Shown piece after piece: positions 1 to 12,668 of a stretch of 64,000 nucleotides of DNA; within the stretch, counting starts at the first letter, position 1; every line of letters starts with the position of its first letter. The notes beneath the pieces are model-generated. The model ran no database searches, was not told the origin of the DNA, and saw only the letters and a program-made list of their open reading frames with translations. The position numbers were made by a program, and so were the translations under genes. The stretch is from NCBI GenBank assembly GCA_013239625.1, contig MU054323.1, forward strand, positions 3,522,161-3,586,160, written 5' to 3'. This DNA comes from Lama guanicoe (lineage: Eukaryota).

Positions 1-1303
1 GAGCCAAGAGCTGCCAGCAGTCGTAATGACACTTTTGTAGGAGGCAGCCAGCCTAAAGAGAGAAAAGCTAACATATAGAGATTTGCATGAAAGAGAGATA
101 GAAAAAGAGAAAGAAAGTGAGAGAAAGAGAGCTGAGGGAGAGTGAGGCAAAGATGGATCCATCCCAGCCCTTCTTGTTGTCTGGTTGTGTCTAATACAAT
201 ATATGTATATTTTTGCCTACAGTAGATGGAATTAACAGTTTCTGTCACGTGTAACCAAATAGTCCTGACTAATATGCGAACACGGGTATCTTGTTGAAGA
301 GGTGGAGAAACTAGGACAAGGAAGGGATCAGTAAGCTGTGCAAAGACAAGATCTGGGTCATAGTGTCTTGTTCAACCTTGGAGGGTTAATTATACAAAGG
401 GGGCATTGGTAATATCATATGAAGAGCTCCTCTGAGATTTGTAATTCTCCTTTTTACCCACTGTGTCAGTTCAAAGTGTGGTTGCAGATAATGGAAATGA
501 GTCCAGGCAATTGCAGTAGAAAGAAGCTTAAAACAGAGAGTAAGGTGATTACAAAATTGTTGGAAGGGTAGGGGGTGTAAACTGGAGGCTGAGCTTCCAG
601 GAATGGCTCCCCTGTAACAGTACCACAGGACTGTCCTGCCAAGGAAATCATTGAGGATATGCCACCTTAACTGCAATTCACATTAAAAACATTGGATTTC
701 TTGTCCTCTGTCTCTTTGCAACCACAAAGCTAGTCCAGCCAAGATTTCTGCTTTTGCAACCACAGAAAAAATAAATGCCTTCTTGACCATAATTGTCAGC
801 AGAAATGCCAGCAGCCACAGAACCATGTATCCACTTCCAATCTCACTCCTTAGAGGCAACAACAGCTAACATTTTCTTCTGTATCCTTCCAGAAATTTCC
901 CAAACATATATGCTTGTGTGTGTGTGTTTGTGAGCATGTGGGTAAAACAAATGGGATCACACTCAATATTGGTCTTGTTGCTGATTGATTTATAGGACCT
1001 CTATTGGATGCCTTTTATAAATGAAGATGAAAGAACATAACTGGGTCTCTTAAGCAGATCACTCTGAGCCTTAATTTTAACATGAAACCAGAGTCCTTGG
1101 GAATAAACGACATATTTAGGAACAACATTAAAAATTAAAATAAATAATGGAAGAGGCACACAACTCCTTAAAAATCATGTCAAAATGAAGCATTCTTTTG
1201 AAAGTAAATTTTGGATTTGTATATACACACCTTTTTCATTTGAAAACAAAAAGCTTCTATAATTTATGAAGGTGAAATGTATATTTATCAATTTTTAAAA
1301 CAG

Positions 1304-2333
1304 CAGAATTTTATAGTTTTGTCTAAATGCCATTTCAAGAGTTACAAAGAGGAAATACATTGTTCTTTCAAAAACACAGTGTAAAGAGTAAGACTAAAAA
1401 CAGTTTTTAAATACCCTGCAAAGTTAGAAACTAAAGAAAACCCTAAACAATATAAAAAGAAAGAAAACTGTCTGAATCTAAGAGTAAATGGCATTTATGT
1501 AGAGGCTTGATTTCACGTAGGGAATATTTAAATCAGTATGTCACCTAGTCAATGCCACAGAACCTGACTGTATAGAGTTCGGTGATATAAGACAAAGGAA
1601 AGTCTAGATGATGAGAAAAGAACCAGGAAACACTTGGCAGAGAAGAGCCCGGCCTCAGCCTCCCTTCTCACTGGGCGCAGGCGTGTCCCGGGCCCTCCCA
1701 CAGGCCCCGGAGATCGGGTATCTTGTGAGGCACAGGCCCTGTGAGGCCGGGTGAACCCGAGTTACTGCCTTTGTCCGCTGACCCTGCTCCAGGAGCCCCA
1801 GCTCTGTCTGTGAGTCATTGATCCTGGTGCCGCTCCCGACTGTTAATCATCGCAGCCCAGAGAGGGGCCTCTTGAGTGGGAACCTCAGACAGGGAGGGAT
1901 TCCACCCCGTCTCTACGGGCAACCGGGCAGTTGTACAGTCTGCATCAGCTGCTTCGTGCTCAGCGCTGGGAATGTGCCCCTGGCCCACCTGCTCTGGGGG
2001 TGTGGTGGGGCCCGACTGGGCGGCCCAGGAAGTCCATGGGGCCAAGTGAGGCTGTGAGGGCAGTTTGGCTCAGATAATAGGGGGCCCGAGTGAGGCATCG
2101 GGGCTTGAGTTAACCTGCAGCTTTGGGGAGAAGAGTGGTGCTTTGGAAGATGAATCTAGCTCCTTGGGCTGTAAGAAATGAGGAAGAGAGTGACTGTTGA
2201 GGGGACCTGAGGTATGGGGTGGCAGTGGTTATGAGGGGCGTGAACCTGGGACACATAGCAAGGAGGATGGGCCTGATCTTCTTGATTGTGGGCGAAGAAG
2301 AGGAGATGTCAGCCAGGACTCAGGGTTTGCGCC
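1304..2333 (+). repeat. Direct repeat copy A (paralogous to 22540-23657); near-identical core ~1642-2200
   Basis: 1642-1810 is base-for-base identical to 22963-23131 (offset 21321); weaker homology on both sides. Confidence 0.92.
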
Positions 2334-2339
2334 TTGTTT

Positions 2340-2770
2340 GCAGATTGCATTCCCTGGGCTCTGAGACAGAGATTTGAATTCTAAAGGTTGATCGGGTATT
2401 TCTCTTGTGATCAATACCTGTAGAAGGGAAAGGAAGGGAAGGGAAGGGAAGGATGAAAGCAGGATTGGGAACATGGAGAAGTTGAGTGACAATGCAGTCT
2501 CAGCAGAGCTCAGCTGACCGTACGTGGATGACCCTGCAGAGTTGTTCTATCTCGGGCAAAGGGACTAGGCTTTGTGTTCGCACATTGACTGAGGTTGGGG
2601 GTCTCCCTGGGAGAGACGTGAGCTTAGGTGAGGTGACTCCATGCAGCTTAGGAAATCCCTGAGGCAGACTATCAGCTGAGGCTTTCTGCCAGCAGCACTC
2701 CTAGCAGTTGGGGGAAGATACTTGTCATTCCTGAGGGGGACCGTGGTGGCCCATCACAGGGTCTCCCACA
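2340..2770 (-). mobile_element. ERVL LTR (LTR33-like) inserted in an L2 fragment
   Basis: Resembles LTR33 (TTCCCTGGG..CTGAGACAGAGATT..GATCAATACCTGT..GCAGGATTGGG..GAAGTTGAG); L2-like sequence resumes after ~2770. Confidence 0.55.
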
Positions 2771-3401
2771 CTAAAGGAACATGGTAGGGCTCGTAGGAGG
2801 AGTGGGTCTAGGGAGGGTGATGAGTTCCGTTTTGGACATCTTGAGTTTGAGACATTTAAGGGACAGATGGGTGGGATATCCAGTAGAGAACTAGATGTAT
2901 AGGTCTGTAGCTCTGGAGGAAAGTCAAGGACAGAAATACAGGTTTAGCAAAAACATGAAAGTGAAGTGGAAGTCAGAGGGACCCACGAGGCAGTTGAAGG
3001 CAGAGAGAGATGAAATTGGAGCAGACTCATTTGGCGGCTACTCCTCCAAGGGGCCTCACAAGACGAGACATCTGGACAAGTTCAGCCAAAACCAGTGGGT
3101 TCAGGAATTTCCAACTCAGTCGGAGCTCTTGAAGTTGAGTGAGAGCCCTGGTCACACACCAGACAGAGCTCTCGGTGGCTGATGTACAAATCAAGTGGAA
3201 ATACTGACCACATGGCGAGAAAGAGAGCTGCCCGGGGGATGGGGATGCTCACATGGGAGGCCTCTTCCCTTTGATTCACCCCATCTTCCATGCCCTCCGC
3301 CGTCCATCTCCCTCTACCCCTCCTTTGCTTTGAGGCCTTTGCCTCTCCCTCTCTGCCTGCTTTCTCTTCTCTGCCCAGCTCTCTCTCCTTCCCTCCCTCT
3401 G

Positions 3402-3418
3402 GGCCACTAGAGGGCAGC
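3402..3418 (+). promoter_or_regulatory. CTCF motif GGCCACTAGAGGGCAGC
   Basis: Near-perfect match to the CTCF core consensus. Confidence 0.55.
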
Positions 3419-6400
3419 AGCTCACAGTCCAGGCCGCAGCGTCCACCCTCAGCCTTTGCTTGTGCTCTGCCTGGGGCTGGGGCTGGGGCTGGGGGCTGGG
3501 AGGGGTGGGGCAGGGCAGCTGCAGAAGCACCAAGGTTGCCCTCAGGTCCTTGGGGCTCCTCTCCCAAGAGTCAGGCCTGTACTTGTGGGGCTCTCCTGAG
3601 GTGGGAGTTGCCATGCTCAGGAGAGGGCAGGAATTGCTTCTTTGCTGTGCTTTGTTGAAGCATAGAGACAGTGGCCAACTGTTCCGCCTTGGACAGATGG
3701 AGACTTTGAGGCTCAGAGAAGAGCCATGACCTACTCAAGATCTCTGAGTTGACAATCGCTGCTCCCTGCTATCTCATGGGGCTGTAGGGACACAGAGCCT
3801 TAAGAAATTGGTTCTTCTTCCCACTGGTTCTTCTTCCCACCATTCGTGTCCCAGGGTGTTCTTGAAAGGGTTTTTCCTGGAAATAACAGGCTCTAATACT
3901 CTCCAGGGTGTCAGAAGTCCAGGACCGGTCCCTGGGATACTCCATTCCATCTCATCTGGAAGCCCAGCTAGGCCTGGCTGCCTGGGTGTGTGAGTCACCA
4001 CTGATTCCTGCAAGACTCCTTGTGACCACAGGTCAAAAGGGCTGCATCTGAGCAGTGTGCCTGGGCCTGCCTTCCTGAAAGCATGGTCAGGCTAAGAAAA
4101 ACTAAGTTTTTCCAAATGAGAGGGCAATATGGAATGATCTGGTTGGGGAGGGGGCATGATGGGAGGGAATTCATACATACAACAGCAGGTTGGGGACCAG
4201 AGTGCACACCTGGGGTCAGGCCCCAGTTACAGCCCCTGCCTTTCCTCCCAGCTCCCCCTACCATACATGCATGCATGCACATACTCATACATACATGCAC
4301 AGGCTGGCTTCACAGCTTAAGGGGCAGCCTTGGCTCCTTTGGGCTCTGAGAGCAGCCCTAATCAAGAGGAGTTTGAGACCCCGGCCAAGGAGTGCGGGGG
4401 CTTCAGAGGCAAGTCACGGCCCCTGACCAGGGTCCTGTAGATCTTCACACACTAGGGTTACTTTCTCTGAGCTCAACCACCATATTGTAGGACTAGTCCA
4501 TCCCGCCTGCTTTGGCTGAGCTGGCACAGCTGGCTCTGTGGCCCCTGTTCCTTCTGAAAGGAGGAAGAAACCCAGGGAGTGGTGAGATCTGGATAGTGCT
4601 AAGAAACACCACTAAAGAGCAGCCCTGGCTGCAGCCAGGGAAGCCAGGAACGGAGCTGCAGGTGGCTGGCATGGGAGGTCTGTGACTGCACATGTGGGCC
4701 AGTTCAAGCCCAGGCTTTCTCATCCACAGTTCCATGACTCTCACTGGTCTCATTTCAGTAACAACTGTGAAGTCCCTGCTGGAGAGTTAGACCTAGAGTT
4801 TTGTGGACATTTGCTTTCACGAAATTTCCTTGTTTTCAATTTTTAAAAAATTTGTTTAATTTTGGTTTTTCTTTACATTTACCAAAATGGAAGACATGTT
4901 ATTATTCTAGTAGCTGCCCTGTCCTTCATCAGACTCCCTGCCATCTTCTTCTCAGAGTAGCGCAAAATGGGACCCTTGGCCTGCTGAGGTCCTGCGTGTT
5001 TGTGGGGGATGAGAGTCGTACTCAGGGATCTTAGAACAATGTCTTGGGTAACCTCTACTTTCTGGACGTCCTCTAGTTCTCATTTCAAGAGCCAAAGCTG
5101 ATGGACTCACCACAGAGCTTCTTCTGTAAAGAAGCAAGCCTCCATTCAGCCCGTGGCAGCCCCCACAAGGCCTCCTGCCCTAGGGAAGAAGAAGGACAAG
5201 ATGTAAGAAGGGTTCCACCCAGACTGGAGGTGGAAAGGACCTCCTTGGCCCGGAGGAATGTAGGAAGGATAACAGAGATAGTAGAAACAGGAGGCCAGAT
5301 AAGTGTATTTGGACTTCCTCTTCCTGTCCTGCGTCTGGTAGGGGAGCTATATAGATAAACAGATTAAACAGAAAACCAGAAGCAGAGGGGGTTTCTGCCT
5401 TGCTGTCTGTTTGGAACTCTGGGAGGAGACTGGAGGGCAGGGTGACCTTGGCAAATGAGGACAGACCCTGCAGATGTCCACATGGGAATAGTTGTTCAGG
5501 GGCAGGACCTGAGCTAGTGCTCCTCACGTCTTCCTGTGGAACGGGAAGGATCTGGACATTACTGCATGCTCCCTAGCAGGCTGCGCTCAGTGGTTGTGTG
5601 GAAAATCAGTGGGCTGCCCCTTGGGGGGAGGCAATGTCGTGTGGCCAGAGTGGCTGGGGGCTGGCCCGCCCCACCTGAGCTCCAGGCCGGATGGAAGATG
5701 TGGCGGAGGTGTAGGCAGGCTCTACACCAGGGTTAATGGAAGTGGGTGTGAGCCAGTGAGGGGAGAAACCTAGGACCGGCCTGAGCCAGAACAGGCTCAA
5801 CTCTCACAGTCATCGACCACAGAGATGGATGTTCACCTGATGCCAATACCCAGGTGGACAAAGGGCATTGTTGCTGAGTCCAGGGGACCCAGGGGCAGAA
5901 CAGTGTCCTTCATGCACATTTCTAAAGCCCTTTGCCCCCATTGCTATGTGGTCGCCTAAGACCTCACTTGTACTCAGATGCCATTTGGGGAAGAACTAGA
6001 GTTAGAGAGGAAATGTGGACAATGTGGTGTTTATCTGAAGAGACTGAATTCTTTAAAGAGACTGTTTTGTCTAGAAGAGGTGGAGATACCATTCATAGGC
6101 AAGTTTAAGTTTTCCCAGCCAGAGGGGTGGGGTTATCTATCAGCTAAAGAAAATAAAAAGGCTACATTTCCTTTGCACAACTTAGTAAAAGCCTGCAGAT
6201 TTGTGACCGGCCACACAGGATGGGCAGAAGGTCCTAGTCTAGAGGGGCAATCTGTGTTTTCCCCTGGACTGCCTTCCTCTATGTATGTCCAAATGAGGGA
6301 GTGTAAGTAAGATTTTACAGAATAATCATCTGCCAGCCTGTCTCCTCATCTCTAAATAACTGACCCCCCAAATCTTTTTTTTTTTCTGTATATAGTTCTT

Positions 6401-6789
6401 TTTCAAGTGTACATTGTACATTTGAATTCTGTTGCTTTTATCACTTTACTGCTTTTGTTAGGTTTTCAGGGAAGGAGATATGATAATCCTGTATCTTCTA
6501 TTCCTAGTTCCCTTGGAATCTGCTTACAGTCTCTTTGTGATGAAAACCTTCTTTGGATCAACAGGTTGGGATAAGACCACCGAAAGGTCTCCACAGTTTA
6601 CCCCATTCCACCTGATTGTCACAGCTTCTCGGGAGAGCTGCGTTCCCAACAAGTTCTGCCCTGTTGGACAGGGGGCCTCTCAGATATTACTCCCACTTCT
6701 CCAGCATCTTCTCTGTTTATCTACCCATTAATGATCTTAATTCCTGCTTCCCAGAGTCTTTGTGAGACTAAAATAAAGAAGCGGATGAC

Positions 6790-6985
6790 ATTACTATACA
6801 TAAAATAGATAAACAACAAGGACCTACTGTATAGCACAGGGAACTATATTCAATCTCTTGTAATAACATACAATGGAAAAGAATCTGAAAAGAAAAAATA
6901 TATGTATGTATATGTATAACTGCATCACTTTGCTGTACACCTGAAACTAACATGGTACATCAACTACACTTCAATAAAGTTTTTA
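6790..6985 (+). mobile_element. L1 3' end fragment
   Basis: ACCTACTGTATAGCACAGGGAACTATATTCAA...TGCTGTACACCTGAAACTAAC..AATAAA. Confidence 0.8.
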
Positions 6986-7029
6986 AAATGAATTTAAAAA
7001 ATTTTATTACATAACTTTATTTTTTTCGT

Positions 7030-7650
7030 ATATATATTTTTTTTATTGAAGTATAATCAGTTTATAATGTGTCAATTCCTGGTGTACAGCATAGTGCCTC
7101 AGTCATACATGAACATACGTATATTCATTTTCATATTCTTTTGCATTATAGATTACTATAAGATATTGAATGTAATTCCCTGTGCTTACAGTATAAAGTT
7201 GTTGTTTATCTATTTTATATATAGTAGTTAGTATCTGCAAATCTCGAACTCTCAATTTATCCCTTCCCACCCCCTTTGCCCCCTGGTAACCATAAGTTTG
7301 TTTTCTATGTCTGTAAGACTGTTTCTGTTCTGTACATAAGTTCATTTGTGTCTTTTTTTTTTTAAGATTCCATATATAAGCGATATCATATGGTTTTTTT
7401 TTCTCTTTCTGGTTTACTTTACTTAGACTGATGATCTCCAGGTCCATCCATATTTCTGCAAATGGTATTATTTTACTATTTTTTATGGCTGAGTAGCATT
7501 CCATTGTATAAATATACCACAACTGCTTTATCCATTCATCTATCAATGGACATTTAGGTGATTTCCATGTCTTGGCTATTGTAAATAGTGCTGATATGAA
7601 CACTGGGGTGCATATATCTTTACAAATTAGAGTTCCCTCTGAGTATATGC
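7030..7650 (-). mobile_element. 5'-truncated L1 (ORF2 C-terminus plus 3'UTR)
   Basis: ORF 7103..7603 MFISALFTIAKTWKSPKCPLIDEWIKQLWYIYTMECYSAIK is the L1 ORF2 C-terminal signature. Confidence 0.9.
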
Positions 7651-7687
7651 CTCATCAGTTTTTAATTGAAAACTGGACATTAAAATA

Positions 7688-7842
7688 ATTTTTTGTTATT
7701 TTTATTACTTTTTTGTTTGTTTTGTTTTGAGGGGGGAGGTAATGAAGTTTGTTTATTTATTTTAAAGGAGGTACTGGGTATTGAACCCAGGACCTAGTGC
7801 CGGCTAAGCATGCACTCTACCACTGAGCTATACCAGCCGTCC
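7688..7842 (-). mobile_element. tRNA-derived SINE (camelid Vic-1-like)
   Basis: Reverse complement has TATAGCTCAGTGGTAGAGTGCATGCTTAGC..GTCCTGGGTTCAAT; A-rich tail; TSD CTGGACATT(T)AAAATA. Confidence 0.85.
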
Positions 7843-8680
7843 CTGGACATTTAAAATATTGTAAGGTGCCAACTCTGGAAATCAGATTTCCTCCCCTTTT
7901 CTAGGGTTTTTTGATTGCTGCTTGTAGGAGTTGTTATTTGTTTAGTGACTTTTCTGAACTGATTTTGTAATGTCTCTTTGGTTGTGTGTGGCCCCTCAGG
8001 TCTCTGTTCTATTAGCTTAATAGCCAGCTAATGATCTGACAGAGATTTCCTTCAATGCCTGATGCCAAACATCTAGTCTTTGCAGATGGTCTCTCAGTAC
8101 GTGCTGGAGGCACTCCTTCAATATTCAGCTAGGCAGTTCACCAAGCTCTCTGTTCTTCCCAGGACTCAGCAATCTTTCTTGTTTAAGCACTCCCCTGATT
8201 CTCGTAAACTTTTGGATTTTACAGAATTCTGAAAAACTTGATTCTAACAATTTTTTTGGTTGTTAGTTTTTTCATTGTGTGTAGGAAAGGGCAGATTTTG
8301 GAGTTCCTTACTCCACCATTGACATTGCTGTCTCCACTGTATATTAAAGAGGGCCCCCCAATTTTTTATGTTTCAAGCTCCACAAAACCTGGATCTACCC
8401 CTAGTTGGGGTTATAAGAGGGGACTCAGTCAGCTTTGGGTATTATGAAAATGTGACCTTATTATGTGGTTACTCTTTAATTACTTATGGGCAAGCGAAGC
8501 TTCCAGGTTGAGATGACAGAGTTTTCATAAAGTTGGGGGAAGGGGACTTCCTCTCTTTCTGCACAGGTCCCAGCACCTCCTGGTTCCGGGTGGACTGGAA
8601 GCTTTGGAAACATTGGAGGCAGCGCCCTTGGCATTTGCACAGGAATAACGTGCCCTCACTGGAGTGTTATGAGCATAGGG

Positions 8681-9015
8681 CAGTGCTTGGCAAGCTGAAG
8701 CCTATGAGACAAACATGGCCTGCTGCCTATTTTTTTTATGGCCTATTAGCTAAGAATGGTTTTTATATTTTTAAAAGGTGGGAAAAAATTGAAAGAATAA
8801 TATTTTGTGGCATGTGAAAATGATATGAAATTAAAATGTCATTGTTCATAAATAAAGTTTTATTGGAACACAGCCACACTCACTGGTTGATATGTTGACT
8901 ATGGCTGCTCCCTTGCTACAGTGGTGGAGTTGAGAAACTGAGATCAGGACTGCAATATCCTGCAAAGCTTCAAATACTTTCTATCTGGCCCTTTACAGAA
9001 AGTTGCTGACACTTG
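8681..9015 (+). mobile_element. MER58B-like hAT-Charlie element
   Basis: GCTAAGAATGGTTTTTATATTTTTAAA..AATAAAGTTTTATTGGAACACAGCCAC..CTGGCCCTTTACAGAAAGTT. Confidence 0.7.
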
Positions 9016-9823
9016 ATACCAGGTCCTGACAGGGAGCATTGGAGCAGGAGGGAGAAAGAACAGAGTGGAGACCATCTATAGACAGAGGCTGGAAGGCTGC
9101 TTTTGAGCACAGGTGAGGTTTCTGGAGAATTCCCTGAGGCTCTTGAGGAGACTTTGCAGGGGCCTGGAGATCATGCATGATCAGTGGGGGCAATAGCAGG
9201 AAATGTGAGTTTTTGCCATTAACATAATAACTTCATTCATCTCCACAGGATGATGGGCTAGAAAGGGTTCGGGTTTATTCTCATGAACACTTTTGTGGGA
9301 GGGTCATCAGCCCCATTTTACTGGTGGGAAGTTGAGCCCATGAAGATCCTGTTGAAAGCACAGTGCTAGGAAACACAGATCTCTGGTTCTTGGATGCCGA
9401 ATTTCTTCCTGCTGCATGCATTCTGCTAAGCCTCAGACTGGGTCACGTCAGCTACCTTGTCCACCTGTGGTGGCAGCACAGGGATGCCATCTGAGCTTGG
9501 CTCTGCTTCAAGGGGTCCCTTCTCCCAGGCAAACCTGACCCTAGAGCTGAAGGCCACGCTGTGTCAGATTCTGGAAAGGCTGTGGGAATTGCTAATTGAA
9601 GCAGAACCTCAGAGAACCACATAACCTCAGAGTATCCAATCCCCCATCCAGGAAAGACCTTTCCCACTCTCACTTCCATTTGTCTCCTTCTTCCTTCCCG
9701 TTCCCAGCTGGTCCCAGCTTCTTAGCCTGGCATTCAAAGTCCTCCTCTTTCAATACACTGCTTGAGAAGATGAGTCTTTAAAAACAATATTTATGTTCTC
9801 ACAATGTTCTTCAGGTCACAGGT

Positions 9824-10420
9824 GTGTAGTAAAGAATTTAACATTGCCCCAAGAGAGATCTGACCCTTGCCCTCAGCTTCTGGGAGGTAACTGCTCAGCC
9901 CTTGGAATGTCATGCTTGATCAGAGTGTCTTTTTTTGCCTGGGAGCCTTGGGCCAGCCAGATAATAACAATGTGGTTTTGGACGGGGCTGTGGTTCAAGA
10001 AACATCAGCTCGACCTCCTAAGGGGCTGGAAACTGAGATCAGCCACATAAGCAGTCAACCATGTCTAAGTGGTAGAACCCCAGGAAGAGGGGACATGAAG
10101 GTTTCTCTGGTTGGCAGTGCAATGAGTGTGTTGTCATGCATTGATGCCAGAAGAATAACAATGTTCAGACTCCACAGGGAGAGGAGGGCTTGGAGCTCTG
10201 TGTTTGGACCCTCTTGGATTCTTCCTCGTGTCCTGCCTCCCATGGCTGACTTTAATCTGTATCCTTTTGATGCAGTAAAACCTAACTTGAGTATGAAAGG
10301 TTTTGGTGAGTTCTGTGAGTCCTTCAAGCAATTTTTGAAACCAAAGGTGGTCTTGGGAACTTCCAGACTACTGGTGTCAGAGGTGACCATGGTCTTGTGG
10401 ACTGTTCTCAAACTCTGCAG
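9824..10420 (+). mobile_element. ERVL LTR (MER21/MER77-like)
   Basis: TGTAGTAAAGAATTTAACATTGCCCCAAGAGAGATCTG..CTGGGAGGTAA 5' end. Confidence 0.6.
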
Positions 10421-11668
10421 TGGCTAACTTTCACAACATCCACCAGCAACAGCCCCTGGAGAGAAAGGAATTTGAGTGTCTTAGTTACTACTTAGCTACT
10501 ACCCAAAAGGCAGCTGATTTTCTTTCCCTAGCCTCCAGCACTCCTTTCTTATCTTATTTCCATCCAATTCTTCTATCAACTTTTTTTTTTTTTTAAATCT
10601 ACTTCTCTGCCCTCTTCCTTCTCTTCGTGCTGGGAAGGAATGTTGGAGAATCGCCTTTTGAATCTTGGAGGGCCTCTTCTCTAGAGATTTTTCTGAAGAA
10701 GATGGTCTTACATTTTCTGAGGACTGATGCCCAGTGGGCTTTAGTGTAGCAAGGGGAGGAGGCAGGATGACACCCCAGGAACAAAGCCCTTTGCGCCTGC
10801 CAGGAGTTTTGTTGATTACACATGTACTTGAGATCCAAGGAGCCCATGTGGCTGGCTTGAGCTAGGCCAGTCTATTCAAGAGACTGCAAGTACCTTTCTG
10901 ACCACTTTAGGTGCCAGCATTTTTACCCCAAATGCCACTGAGTCTGATGGATCCATACTAGTAAGGATTCTGTAACATAACATTTGAAAAAACATAAATG
11001 AAAATCAATAAAAAAGTGATATACCATATTCTGAAATGAGTATTATCCATAAATCAATAAAATTGTGTTAAATCAAATATATGCTTCTCTCTCTCTAACC
11101 CTATCTCTTCTTTATTTCTCTGAACTAAAGAAACTCTTAGCCAGATAAAAATGGCTAACGTGTAAGGAAAGCTTACTGCATGTCATATACTATTCTGGCT
11201 ACTTCGAATGGGCTATGTGATTTAATCCTTAGCGCATCCCTGTGTGGAGGGTATTGTAATCAGTCGACAGATGAATAGGATGAGGTTCAGAGACCTTGTG
11301 TGAGGTGACACAACCATGAGGGACTAGACCTGGGATCTGAACACAGGCAGTTCCATTCTGGACCCTGTACTCTTAACCACCTGCTCCCTTCCTGCCAGGG
11401 GAACAAGTTCTGTCCTGAACTATTTGACCCTTTTCTTTGATCACCCTGGTTCTTTAGAGTAGGGCTCATGCAGTTTTAATTGGAATCCTGATAGAAAAGG
11501 GATTGTGTTGCTTGGCTGATATAACTGTTGCGGAGATCTCTTAGGCTTCTGATGTGCCATTACTCAGCAGTCAGACTCTCGGCACAGAGCACTCATCCTG
11601 CTGTTACTCTACACATGTGTTGCTATGGAATTGGGCAACAGGGATGTCTGCTAAAACCCCTCTTTCCT

Positions 11669-11860
11669 TGACCTTTCCTGAGCTGCATCAGCAAATAACT
11701 CCTGCAACCTGCCCGTCCTGAGGCCTGGTTGAAGAGGGGCTGGTAGATCATAAAGGGCTGGTCCCTTCTACGTGTCATGTCTTGGCTCTCTGGCCCCTGG
11801 CTCAGACTCCCTCAGGCACTGTAATCATTAACTCTCGCAGGAAGCCCACGAGCCTGATAG
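11669..11860 (+). promoter_or_regulatory. Putative SLC7A15 proximal promoter: HNF1 site (11820-11832), CDX-type CATAAA (11749-11754), GATA TGATAG (11855-11860), nuclear-receptor half site TGACCTTT (11669-11676)
   Basis: TGTAATCATTAAC (reverse complement GTTAATGATTACA) closely matches the HNF1 consensus GTTAATNATTAAC, ~85 bp upstream of the ATG. Confidence 0.5.
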
Positions 11861-11915
11861 GTATTGGAGCATCTGCTTCTGCCCAGTTAGATACAGTGAC
11901 TGTTGAAGTCCTGAG

Positions 11916-12668
11916 ATGGAGGGAAGTCAGCAAGGAGATGGCGGTGAGGGGGTGGCCGGGCAGGAGCCGGGTGGTGGGGGGCTGCGGCTGAGGAGGGACA
12001 TGGGCCTGTGGAGCGCTGTGTCCCTGATTGCTGGCTGTATGATCGGCTCTGGCATCTTCATGTCTCCACAGGGGGTCTTGGTCTACATGGGCAGCCCCGG
12101 GGCCAGTCTTGTGGTCTGGGCACTCTGTGGCCTTCTGGCCACCCTGGGTGCCCTGTGCTATGCTGAACTGGGGACCCTGGTTCCCGAGTCTGGAGGGGAA
12201 TATGCCTACATCCTACGAACCTTTGGGTCTTTACCAGCCTTCCTGGTCATCTACACGTTTGTGCTGGTGGGCAGACCAGCTGCCATCGCTGCCATCTCTC
12301 TGAGCTTTGCCGAGTATGTCACGGTCCCCCTTTACCCGGGCTGCTCCTCACTGCCCCAGGCTGTGCTCAAGGGTGTGGCTTCCACCTGCATCCTGCTGCT
12401 GATGCTGGTCAACTACTGGAGCTCGAGGATGGCTACCATGCTGATGAACGTGTGCACGATCACCAAGGTGCTCTCCTTGCTGGTCATCGTGGGTGGTGGC
12501 GCCGTGGTGCTGGGCCAGGGCCGTGGCCGCATGCAAGCCCTTCTATTCGCCTTCCACAACACATCGCAGCAGGCCGGGCACATCGGCATGGCCTTCTACC
12601 AGGGCCTGTGGTCCTTTGATGGCTGGAACAGCCTCAACTGTGTGATGGAGGAACTCAAGAATCCAAAT
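11916..12668 (+). CDS. SLC7A15: SLC7A15 coding exon 1 (251 codons, phase 0 donor)
   Basis: ORF 11916.. MEGSQQG...EELKNPN; donor AAT|GTGAGT at 12669. Confidence 0.92.

Noticed and set aside
7103..7603. 166-aa minus-strand ORF
   Set aside because: It is a degenerate L1 ORF2 tail running into 3'UTR, not a host gene.
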